Shown: positions 51,858 to 62,461 of the stretch, in pieces
How the letters are laid out: the number at the start of each line of letters is the position of its first letter
Position numbering within the stretch: position 1 is the stretch's first letter
Assembly (NCBI GenBank): GCA_023205875.1
Contig: CP060757.1
Location: forward strand, 186,001-250,000
Source of the DNA: Chloropicon primus
Lineage: Eukaryota
Length of the DNA: 64,000 nucleotides
Direction: 5' to 3'
The notes under the pieces: generated by a model
The model's input: only the letters and a program-made list of their open reading frames with translations
Databases searched by the model: none
Told to the model about the DNA's origin: nothing
Made by a program: the position numbers and the translations under genes

Positions 51858-53541
51858 ATGATGACGCACAGAGCGGTGACGAAGACGGCGAGGACTGGAG
51901 GAGCTTTGCCTTGGACGAGAGACGCGAAGAGAACCGGAGGAGCGAATGGTGTCGTCGTCAGTGCGAGTGCCGGAAGAAGATGGAACCACCTTGTTTCCAA
52001 GCCGGGAGGAAGGAAAGATGAGAGAGGCACTTTGGTTTGTCTGAACGCGGGAGTGACGGAATTCGCTACCGATAACGGAAGCTGTTACGGATCCTTCTGT
52101 TACAACTTCGAGTTCGAGAGGGTGAGTGGAACGACGAAAAGGGAACCTCTTTTTCGCCTCGCTTGCTCGCTTTTTCGTTTGGGGATCGATCATCGTTGGT
52201 GCTGACGTTTTTTCTTTTTTTTTATTTCTTTGCAGAACGAGGAAGCCCTTCCATCTCACTGGAAGCCAACGATAAGGGTTGCCGTGTCCGGTGCCGCTGG
52301 ACAGATCTCCAACCATCTTTTGTTCCAGGTATGTTGCTCTCGATCGATCTTCTTTTTTTTTCTTCATCACCAAAAAATCAAAAAGAAACTCTCAGTTGAG
52401 GAGTCCTGCTGGACCTCCTTGCGTGGGAAGGGATTGTTCTGACCTCTTCCTCTCTCTCTCTCTCTCTTCCTGTGACGGCGACGCGTGTTGTGTGTGTTCT
52501 CTGCGACGATGACGACGACGATGACGACGATGACGATGACGACGATGACGATATGAATATGAACAGATCGCATCCGGTTTGACCTTTGGCGAGGACCAGC
52601 CCGTTGCCCTTCACCTCTTGGGCAGCGACCGCTCCAAGGATGCCGTGCAGGGAGTCGCGATGGAGCTCGAGGATTCCTGCTACCCTCTCTTGAGGGAGGT
52701 CTGGATCAGCACCGAGGCGGAGCAGGCTTTCAGAGACGTCGACTGGGCCATCCTCATTGGCGCCAAACCCAGGGGCCCAGGAATGGAGAGGTCCGACTTG
52801 CTCGACCTGAACGGGCAGATCTTCCAGATGCAGGGACAGGCCCTCAACAAGGTGGCCAACCCTGACTGCAAGGTCGTTGTCGTTGGAAACCCTTGCAACA
52901 CCAACGCTTTGATCGCCATGCAGAACGCCCCAAACCTGAAGAGGGAGAACTTCCACGCCCTGACCAGGTTGGACCAGAACAGGGCCAGGTCCCAGCTCGC
53001 CGTGAAGTCCAACACCCACTACGGGGCCGTGAAGAACGTGGCCATCTGGGGGAACCACTCCACAACCCAGGTTCCTGACTTCGTGAACGCCACCATTCTT
53101 GGTGAGCCTGCAGAGAAGGTCATCGACAACCAGGACTGGCTCGAGCAGGAGTTCACCCCAGTGATCCAGACCAGAGGAGCAGCGGTGATCAAGAAGTGGG
53201 GAAGGTCCTCGGGCGCCTCCACCGCCGTCTCCATCTCTAATCACATCAGATCCCTCCTCGAGCCTACTCCTGAGGGAGACTGCTTCTGCATGGCTGTGTG
53301 CTCTGACGGCAACCCTTACGGCATTGAGGAGGGTCTCATCTACAGCATGCCCCTCAGGTCCAAGGGAGACGGGTCCTATGAAATTTGCGAGGACTTCGAG
53401 ATCAACGACTACCTTCGTGAGAAGATGGTAAAGAGCGAGGAAGAGCTCGTGAACGAGAGGAATTGCGTGAAGCATCTCATAGGAGAGACTGGTGGTGCCT
53501 GTCAGATCATGGAGGACACCATGTTGCCTGGTGAAAACTAA
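51858..53541 (+). CDS. Chloroplast NADP-dependent malate dehydrogenase; exons 51858-52121, 52236-52328, 52567-53541
   Basis: Transit peptide, [22 protein letters not shown] (NADP specificity), [14 protein letters not shown]-terminal extension C..HL.G..GGAC...DTMLPGE. Confidence 0.95.
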
Positions 53542-53747
53542 GCGTTTTAGGGGAAACAATACACGCAACAACAAACAAACAAAAGAAAATACGGCATTTT
53601 AATATGAACATTCATCTATTTTGTGGCCTCCTCTCCATCCATCACCATCATCCATCGAGGGGGAAAAGCAAAAAAGCCAAGATCACCATCTTGGGGCGCC
53701 TGGCCAGGACGGGGGTTCACTTGGACACAAAGGGAAGGAGGGGAGGG

Positions 53748-54969
53748 ATGGCCAAGCCATTCACTCTGCCCGTCATTGACGTCACTGCTCTAGTAGCCGA
53801 CCCAAATCATCCTGGAGTCGACAGTGCGATACGACAAGCGTGTGAGGACTATGGGTAAGCTCACACACACGGCGCACTACACTGCCTCTCCCTGGGCAGG
53901 ACTCGACGCGTGTACTGACTTGGTGCTGTTGACTTGGTTTCCTCGACCAAGGTTCTTTTACATCAAGACTGGGGTCTCTGCCGAGCTGCTGGAACGCATG
54001 GAGCGCCATGCGAGACGCTTCTTCGCCAAGAGCGTGGAGGAGAAGGAGAGAATCAAGATGAGCTTGTCTGGGAAAAGCTGGAGAGGATACTTCAAGGTGG
54101 GAGACGAGCTCACCAGTGGTCGTGCAGACCAAAAGGAGGGCATCTACTTTGGGACCGAAGAGAAGGGAGAGTATCGTGGTGACTTGCCTTTGAGAGGAAA
54201 GAACCAGTTCCCTGTAGACGAGGAGGGTGGCGAGGTGCTGTTGAGGGACGAAGTCCTTTCTTACATGGATTTCATGAGATCCTGCGGGACTGCCCTTATG
54301 CGTGCGATTGCGAGAAGCATTGGCGCCCCTGAGCTGGAAGACCACTTTGCGGAGAACCCGACGGAGCTCTTTCGGATCTTCAACTACCCTTCGCCGCCTG
54401 CGGACCCCGAGGACAGCCCGGCCGGCAAAGAGCTCTACGGCGTTGGAGAGCACACAGGTGAGTCTTCCTCTTGATTCGGTGCAAGAACCGGTACAGCAAT
54501 GCTGACAGACCTCCACTCCGCCGCAGACTACGGTTTCTTAACAATTTTGTACCAAGACCCGAGCGGGGGCTTGCAAGTCAAGGTGCCGTCCGAGGGAGGA
54601 CAGCTGCTGGCTTGGCAGGACGTTCCGTACATTAAAGGCACCCACGTCGTCAACTTGGGAGATGCTCTTGAGCATTACACGCACGGTCGGTTCGTTGCCA
54701 CGCCCCATAGAGTCATTTACCACGGGAGGCCCAGGACAGAAGGAGGGAAATCGCGGTTATCCTTTCCCTACTTCTTCGACCCTTGCTTCGAGGCGCCGAT
54801 GACGCCGATGAGTATCGAGGAGGGGAGCTCCGGGGTCCGCCAGCGTTGGGACGGTGCCGATCCCAAGCAGTTTGAGGGAACGTACGGCGACTACTTGCAA
54901 CGAAAAATAAGCAAAGTCTTCCCCCAGCTCTTTGCGGAGGCGATGACGGAGGAGAAAAATATATTGTAA
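53748..54969 (+). CDS. 2-oxoglutarate/Fe(II) dioxygenase (IPNS/DIOX-like); three exons
   Basis: LPVIDV, ACEDYG|FFYI, HT|D across the intron, NLGDALE, TPHRV, RLSFPYF. Confidence 0.9.
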
Positions 54970-55004
54970 TTGAACACCATCAGATACAAGGGGGGGAGGA
55001 CCCT

Positions 55005-55661
55005 TCACCTCCTTCGTTTCTTGGACACGATCTTTGCCCCTCCCACTCCCTCCTTTTTCAGGGGGCTCTGCGCTTCCGTGGCTTGCGAGGCCTGAGTTTC
55101 CGGCACGACGCCGCGCGTCAACACGGCGTGGAGGGAGGAGCCTGCTCCCGGGTTAGCACCAACCCCTCCGCTGCTTATTCCCTTGGACGACGACGCGTTG
55201 AACCTTGACGATTCTCGCGAGAACACCTCGCGCACGAACGCCAGAGTCCGTCCCGTGGCCTCGGCACCCGTGTGCCTGTCCATGGGCTCCAAGTCCACGT
55301 GCACCCGCGCACCCGTCCTGTAGTCGTTGATCAGGGCGCCCCGGAAAGACGCCCGAGGGGGGTGCCCCGTGAGCACCAGCTTTGGCCCCTCCCTCGCCTC
55401 GAAGAAGCTCGGCAGCCACTTGAGTATCGCGTCCACATCGCAACTCACCCTGTCTTCGATCTTGTCCCTGAGCGACAGGAGGTCGAAGGACGTGTGGTAC
55501 ACCTCCTCCTCCGACACCACGAACAAGGCCGAAAACCTCGCGTTCTCGAGCGTCCCGTCCGTCCCGTGCATCTTCGTCCCGTGAACGTAGCACGAAGCCG
55601 TCGATGCCGTGCCCGGTGAACTGGAGGAAGAGACGGCCAACCCTTCCGCCATAATATACAT
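55005..55661 (-). CDS. Hypothetical protein with basic C-terminal NLS-like tail (KKRRR)
   Basis: 218-aa ORF with coding-like composition, convergent with the oxygenase gene; no recognised family. Confidence 0.65.
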   Translation of the reverse strand: MYIMAEGLAVSSSSSPGTASTASCYVHGTKMHGTDGTLENARFSALFVVSEEEVYHTSFDLLSLRDKIEDRVSCDVDAILKWLPSFFEAREGPKLVLTGHPPRASFRGALINDYRTGARVHVDLEPMDRHTGAEATGRTLAFVREVFSRESSRFNASSSKGISSGGVGANPGAGSSLHAVLTRGVVPETQASQATEAQSPLKKEGVGGAKIVSKKRRR

Positions 55662-56366
55662 CCTCCTCCCCCTCCTCCTGCTCCTCGCCTAATAGCACGC
55701 TTCGCTTTCAGAGAGAGAGAGAGAGAGGAGTCACCGAAGAACCACGAGCGAGCTTCCTCAACGCAGCATCGAAACGACCCGTCAATCTAAAGGTCAAGAG
55801 ATGGTCTGGACCTCCAAATCGCCGCGCAGCCGAACAGACGAGCGCGCGCACGCGCCCTGAACCTGTGCTCTGTGGCTCGCTTCCCTCTCCTCCTCCTCCG
55901 CTTGAGGAGGAACTCTGATGCAAATTCGTCGTCCAAATCGGTCGATGAAGGTATGTTTGAAAAGAGGAGAGAGAGATCTTTCGATTGATGTCGGTCTCCT
56001 CTCCCCTACGACACCTTGATCGCCGCTTGAGCGATCGAACGACGCGTCACTCTTCGCGCTCGGCGCTCCAAGACTCTCTCTCATTCACGACGTAATACTT
56101 AGTGTAATGTAGTGTACACTTTTCAAAATCACCACGACGTTTCATCCGTGCAAATACTATGCACTCATACCACGTAACACCACAAATACTCTCCAAGACA
56201 TTACTCGTAGTCCCTTTTCGAGACTTTTTTGGCAGTATTCTGTTGGGTAGTTATTTTCTTTGGAGGTAAATCCGGCGGCGGCGGCAGAGGCGGAAAGAGA
56301 ACGACGAGAAGGGCGCGACACACGACGGACGACGAGAGCGACGACGAGGAAGAAGGAAGGAGCATC

Positions 56367-56969
56367 ATGATCAACGAAGAGGGACAGAACGTGGACCTTT
56401 ACATCCCACGCAAGTGGTAAGCTTTTTTTTTTCTTTCCCTCCGCCTCGACGCGCAACCCGAGGTTTTGTTTCTTCTTCCCATGACCAAAGGAAGAAAGGA
56501 ATGAAAACCCAAGGCCCGCCCCTTGCTTGCTTTGGGTTTGCATGCTTTTTTTTTCACGAGGGGAGGAAGTCCTTCGACCTCTTTTTGCGTCGACGGGTTC
56601 CGTTCTCGCTTGAAGAAGAAAGGAACCTTTCATCGCGATGGGGAGTCGCTCCGCTCCGCTCGCTCTCGTTTTCCATTTCCAGCCAACCATTTCCATTCGT
56701 GGCGTTGCGTTTTGCGTAGCATTGGGTTTGTTCTCTGACCGATTGTTTTTTCTGTTTTTTTTTTTTTGCGTAGCTCGTGGAGCAACCGCCTCATCGGTGC
56801 CAAGGACCACGCGGCCATCCAGATCAACGTGGGCCACTTGGACGACAAGGGAGTCTACACCGGAAAGTTCTCCACCTTCGCCATCGGTGGTGCCGTCAGA
56901 CACAGGGGAGAGTCCGACAGCGGTCTTGACCACCTCTGGCAGAAGAAGAAGGCTGACCTCGGCCAGTAA
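56367..56969 (+). CDS. RPS21: 40S ribosomal protein S21 (eS21); exons 56367-56416 and 56774-56969
   Basis: MINEEGQNVDLYIPRKC|SWSNRLIGAKDHAAIQIN...RGESDS. Confidence 0.96.
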
Positions 56970-57573
56970 GATGGTCTTTGCCGGATCAAACCACATGAAA
57001 ACACGGGTTTGGCGGAAGCGGGCAAGGGGACTCGTCGTCCTCGAGGCAGGACAGAGACTTTCGTTTCTCTCTGCCTCCCGGATGCGCACCACCGGGCTTG
57101 TTGCTTTGCGAACGCGTGACGCTATACTATTAATAGAAACAACATAGAACATTTCTACACCCACGTTTGTCCAGCCTTCACCACCCACGTTTGTCCATCT
57201 CTCACACGCGCGCGCGCACACTTCCCCTCCGTGCCAGCGGGCCCTCCTTGAGGCTCGGCTTGCGCTCATCCCGAGTCGACCTCGATGAGTCCCCTTGTGA
57301 AGCCATCACCATCACATCCTCCTCCTCCACCACGCTCACACTCTCTCCCAAGTGTCATCCGTGTGTCTGTCCCTTCACACCAGCAGGAGGATGGATGCAC
57401 CTTTCTCGATGCATGGATGGATCTGCGTCGATCCGATTCAACCGTGACCGAGTCAACCTTGATGAATCCCTCCTCTCCTCCCCCTCGCCACCATCCCCTC
57501 CCCCCCCTCCTCCTCCTAAACTCCATGCCATGAAGCCGCCAGACCTCCGCACCTTGCAATTCCTGACACGGCC

Positions 57574-59532
57574 ATGGTGACGACGCGCGAGAGGGAAGAG
57601 CAAGTTGGGATACGATTGTTCCGCAGCGAGGGTCCTGGGGACGGCGGAGAGGTGGGCGGCATCTTCAAGCACAGGTATACGGACTTCGTCGTCAGGGAGG
57701 TGGACCTGAAGGGAACCGTCGCGGAACTCAACAAGCTCGTTGCGAGTGAGAGGCCACAGAAGCAGCAGCAGGATGAACAGGAAGGAGACAAGGTCGAGGT
57801 GAAGAAGAGTTGGGAGGAGGATGTCGATGCGTGGAAGGAGTTGGATGGATTGGTCGGGATGGTGGAAGGAAAGAGGGTGAAGGAATACGTGCAGAGTTGT
57901 GCGAAGAAGGAGGAGGGAGGGGCTACGTTGGTTCTGGAGCCTCAGGCGGAGAAGGACAAGAGGGCGAGTGTTCACCGGTTCTTCAAGTCCAAGCAGCACT
58001 TGAGTCCCCAGATGTCGACGGATACTTTGGTGGAGGGGGACAAGAAGTCCGTGCGCGTGTTCAGCCTCTCTGGCTCGAACAAAGACCACAGGAAGAGGAA
58101 GAGGGGAGGTGGGGTGGACAAGCGGAGCTTGAGGGAGCTGGGTCAGGGGAAAGTGCCCAAGTTCTGCAGGTTCCTGCTCTACAAGGAGAATACCGATACG
58201 CAGTACGCCATCCACATGCTCGCCAAGCACTTGCGCATCAATCCCAAGCGCTTGAGCTACGCTGGGACGAAGGACAAGAGGGGGGTGACCGTGCAGTGGT
58301 GCATGGGTTTTAAGATCTCGGCGAGGGACCTCGAGTACTACAACCGGAGGAAGGGCAGGGGGGACCACAACGTGTACGTCGGCAACATCGAGGAGCTCGA
58401 TGACGGCAAATCCTTGGGCCTGGGTGACCTGAAAGGGAACCACTTCGTCGTGATATTGAGAGGTGTGGAGGAGAAAGCAAAAGCGATCGCGGAGGCTTCC
58501 GTGGAGTCGCTGAGGGAAAAGGGTTTCATCAACTACTATGGATTACAAAGGTTTGGCACGGGAGGCGCACCGACCCATGCCGTTGGGATTGAGCTGATGA
58601 AAGGGAACTGGAAGCAGGCGTGCAAGCTCATTCTCTTGGGGAGGGACAGCGAGCTTCAGCGGATCAAAGATGCGAGACAGGACGTGATCGACGTAATTCA
58701 GCAGGAGATGAATACGGAAAGTGAGCCGGTTCGGAGGAAGCTGCAAGACGCTTTGAGGACGTTGCCGAAGAACGCGTTCGCTGAGAAATGCATCGTTTCC
58801 GGCCTGCTGAGCCGTGACAGGAGAAACCTTGTGGCGGCGTTGTCCACCATTCCCAGAACCTTGAAGCTGATGTACATCCACGCCTACCAGTCCTACCTGT
58901 GGAACAGTGCAGCATCCAAGAGGCTGGAAGACTTCTCCGGGGATCACGCAGTAGAAGGCGACCTGGTCTTCGAGGACTTGAGGCAGCATGCGCAGGGCAT
59001 GACGTACGCGAAAGCTGAATCTGGAGAGGCCGTCGGCGGCAACAACCAGTCCAAGGACTCGAATGGCGCTGATGCCGAAGCCGCGCTCCCAGCTGCCCGC
59101 CACGTTACGAAGGAGGAAGAGGACAACAAGGTAATCGGCATCGATAAGGTGATACTGCCATTACCAGGTTCGCAGACGAAATACCCCACAAATGCTATCT
59201 CCAAGGTCTACGAGGACTTGCTCGCCGAGGATGGCATCAACCTGAAGAAGAGGGCACACAAAGTGTACGAATTCTCCTCGGAGAGTATTGCCGGTGCTTA
59301 CAGAAGTTTGATTAACGTACCAACTGACGTGAGCGTGGACTTTTTGAAGTATGACGATCCAGACGAGCAGCTCGTACAAACGGATCTGCAAAAGATAAAA
59401 AAGGTAGAAATACCAAGGAAGCAAGAGGGGGCACGCAATGCTTTGAAGCTCGAGTTCACGCTGGGTTCGTCATGCTACGCGTCCATGGTTGTGAGGGAAA
59501 TCTGCAAGGGGAGCGTCGAGGGGATGAGCTAA
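57574..59532 (+). CDS. PUS7: Pseudouridine synthase 7 (TruD family)
   Basis: KHRYTDFVVREV, YAGTKDKRGVTVQ, LGDLKGNHF, GFINYYGLQRFG, HAYQSYLWN, YASMVVRE. Confidence 0.96.
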   Translation: MVTTREREEQVGIRLFRSEGPGDGGEVGGIFKHRYTDFVVREVDLKGTVAELNKLVASERPQKQQQDEQEGDKVEVKKSWEEDVDAWKELDGLVGMVEGKRVKEYVQSCAKKEEGGATLVLEPQAEKDKRASVHRFFKSKQHLSPQMSTDTLVEGDKKSVRVFSLSGSNKDHRKRKRGGGVDKRSLRELGQGKVPKFCRFLLYKENTDTQYAIHMLAKHLRINPKRLSYAGTKDKRGVTVQWCMGFKISARDLEYYNRRKGRGDHNVYVGNIEELDDGKSLGLGDLKGNHFVVILRGVEEKAKAIAEASVESLREKGFINYYGLQRFGTGGAPTHAVGIELMKGNWKQACKLILLGRDSELQRIKDARQDVIDVIQQEMNTESEPVRRKLQDALRTLPKNAFAEKCIVSGLLSRDRRNLVAALSTIPRTLKLMYIHAYQSYLWNSAASKRLEDFSGDHAVEGDLVFEDLRQHAQGMTYAKAESGEAVGGNNQSKDSNGADAEAALPAARHVTKEEEDNKVIGIDKVILPLPGSQTKYPTNAISKVYEDLLAEDGINLKKRAHKVYEFSSESIAGAYRSLINVPTDVSVDFLKYDDPDEQLVQTDLQKIKKVEIPRKQEGARNALKLEFTLGSSCYASMVVREICKGSVEGMS

Positions 59533-59652
59533 ACGAAGTTAAACTGGAAAATAAAATAAATCCTTTTGGATGAATCATTTTTCGAGGCACGTCTCCCAAT
59601 AATGGAGGGCGATTTTAGTCCTTTTTGGACTGCACAAGAGCAGCGAGCCCTT

Positions 59653-61105
59653 TTACGTCTTCAGCTTGGCTTTCTTTTCCCTGTCGCTGATCCTCAGAGG
59701 CTTGTCAGAAGTTTGCTTGAACCTCCCCCTTAATTCTCCACTGATGACGTTCTTCTTCTTCACGAGCTGCACAACGTCCTCATCCGCCAGCTCGTGGGCG
59801 ACGCCGCACCTTTGCGGATTGTGCTTTGAACTTTTACCCCAAACTAAAGCATACTTGAGCTCCTTTCGCAGGTCCCTGTGCACGTTGTCGCAGAACCTCC
59901 CGATGTCGACTCCCCCTCTATCTGGAGTCAGCACGACAGGCTCATCGAAATCCGGCTTGTTTCCCACCTTTTTTGTGTACACCCTCACCAGCTCCATCTC
60001 GTCCCAGAGCCTCACCAGCAGGCCGTCAAGATTCAGTTTCTGGTAGCAGCTGATGGGTATCGACATCTCCTTCCTAGCGATATGGTCAACCTCTTCTATG
60101 GAACACACGTCCACCTTGTTATACACGTACAAGCACTTGACGTACCTCCTGTTCCCTTCGATCACGTCGATCAAGTCGTCGACCGAGATGTCCTCCCTGA
60201 TCAGCAACTCGCAGTGGTGGATCTTGTACTCGTGCAGAATACGGTGCACCATCTTCTCATCCATGGTGGTCAGGTGAACCATGGTTGTGTAAGACACGCC
60301 GCCTGTCTTCTTGAGCTTGAAGTACACGTTCGGAGGCTTCTTGTTGAGCCTCAGGCCGCACGACTCCAGCTCTGAGGATTGGGGCAAAACAGTGAAAAAC
60401 ATCGCAAAAGTAGGTCAGCCAAAAGCCCTTCGAGCAACAACTTTTTTTTGCTTTGGGTGGTTTGGAACAGAACAAGACCCCCACCGATAACACTTACCTC
60501 TTGTCAAGATATCTTTGTGACCGTGAGACTTTGACGCATCCAGGACCATGAGAAGAAGATCGGCGCTCTTGCACACGGCGATGACCTGCCTTCCCCTTCC
60601 CTTTCCCTGTGCTGCACCTTCGATAATTCCTGGCAGATCCAACAGCTGGATCTTTGCGTCGTTGTAGTGGATGACGCCCGGGATGCACGTCAGCGTCGTG
60701 AACTCGTACGCCGCGGCCTCGGAATCCGTTCCGGTGAGCTGCGACAGCAGCGTGGACTTCCCGACGGAAGGGAATCCTATCAGAGCCACGCGACCTACGA
60801 AAGGAACGGACGGGGGGAGAGAAAGAGATGTGTGAGTGTGTGTGTGTGTGAGAGTGACGCGCGTGTCAGCACCGGCGTGGGCACAAAGGCTGGAAGCCGA
60901 TTTCGAGATCCTCACCGTCTCCGTAGCGCCCAACGTCAAAGCCGTCTCCCGGTCCTGCTTTCCCTCCGCTCGACTCCGTCTGCAGCTGCGTTCTGAGTTT
61001 CGCGAGTTTCGCTTTGAGTTGTCCGAGATGGTATTCCGTCGCCTTGTTCTTCTGCGTACGGGCCATCTCGGCCTCAACCTCCTTGATCTTCTCCTGTATA
61101 CCCAT
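59653..61105 (-). CDS. DRG2: Developmentally regulated GTP-binding protein (DRG2-type); three exons
   Basis: [53 protein letters not shown] domain. Confidence 0.93.
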
Positions 61106-61795
61106 CTTGCCCTCCTCCTCCTCGCTCCTGTGGCCGCGACTCTTGACTCTCTCGCCTCCTTCGCCAACCAAGGCGGCTTGGCTTGATTGATCTCTCTCTC
61201 TCTCTCTCTCATTCATCAGAGGATGGTGGAGGTGAAGCAGGGGGATGAAGCAGGGGGAGGAGAGGATCGGGATCGGGATTGATCCGTCCATTGCATGTGT
61301 ATGTGTCTCTTGGTCTTGGTCTTGGTCTTGGTCTTGGTCTTGGTCTTGGTCTTGCTCACTCTCTTTCCAAAGAGCCATCACTTGATGAGAATGAGGAGGA
61401 AGTACAGAGGAGATGAAGCAGGGGGAGGAGAGGAGGGGATCGGGGTCGGGATCGGGAGAGACTTTGATGGAAGTGCACACACGTGGCCTCAATCGAGAGC
61501 TGTCCCCCTTACTCTTCCCTGGATTGGGTGATGCACTCAAGAGAGGAGGGAGGACGACGTCGAACGCTTGGGTGGATCGAAGGCGCAAGCAAGGGAGAGG
61601 AACGAGGACGGTCCTTTCTTTTCTTCATAAAATGATATTAATACACGTTGCGACCACGGATCCCGCAGGCTTAAGGCTTGTTTTTTATGCATTCTTTATT
61701 CGTTTGCTTCGAGCCCGTCCGCGAACTGAGGAACGGTGCCCTTCTTCCTTCGTTTGAGCCCAAAAAGTTTTCTTCCTTCTCCTGACCACGAGGTC

Positions 61796-62461
61796 TCAGG
61801 AGGTATGGTTTTCAAAGGTCTCGGTCGAGAGTTTTAATAGTTTGAATTTCTGACCAATCTCTCCCTCGGTTGGATATTCGTAGTCCGGGCAGAGCTGGTG
61901 GATGAACTTCTTTAGCTTGTCGTTCTCCACGGCGTCCGGGCCCAACTTGAGCGCCGCTATCGCTCTCGCAAAGAGCGAATGCAACTCACTATGATCCAGG
62001 ATCTTCTTGCCTTCCTGGCAGATGCCCTTCGCCTCGTTCTCGAAGCGATTCTTTTTGCTCGAGACCTCAGCCTTGTCCCCATCATCCCCACGCTTGGTCT
62101 TGGCCTTCTTGTTCTTCCTCTCTTCGATCTCGTGGCTCCTCTTCCCCGCAATGTCCTTCGCTTCTTGAGGCGCGAGGCTGCAACTTAGCAGGTGATTCCT
62201 CATGCGGGTCACGTTGTGGCGGTACTGAGCGTTCTTGCAGTACTTGCACTTGAACTTCCTCTTCGGATTCTTCTCGTCCGAGGGCGAGTCATCCACGGGC
62301 TCCCAATGGTCGTACACCCAAGACGCGGAGTCCTTCCTCTCGCCGTACTTTACCGACTTCATGGGCTCCTTGACCTTGATGCACTCGGGGGTGTCGGGCA
62401 CCATGCCGACCTGATCCACTGGGTGAGGCTGTCCGGCCTCGTTCAGTCCCTCGGCCGCCAT
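61796..62461 (-). CDS. BED zinc-finger protein, probably derived from a hAT transposase, without catalytic domain
   Basis: WVYDHW...CKYC...RMRNHLLSC BED finger, then FARAIAA...VEN..LKKFIHQLCPDYEYP, resembling the hAT N-terminal dimerization region. Confidence 0.75.
   Translation of the reverse strand: MAAEGLNEAGQPHPVDQVGMVPDTPECIKVKEPMKSVKYGERKDSASWVYDHWEPVDDSPSDEKNPKRKFKCKYCKNAQYRHNVTRMRNHLLSCSLAPQEAKDIAGKRSHEIEERKNKKAKTKRGDDGDKAEVSSKKNRFENEAKGICQEGKKILDHSELHSLFARAIAALKLGPDAVENDKLKKFIHQLCPDYEYPTEGEIGQKFKLLKLSTETFENHTS

Noticed and set aside
56417..56773. snoRNA in the long RPS21 intron
   Set aside because: No clear C box (RTGATGA) and D box pair or H/ACA architecture visible.
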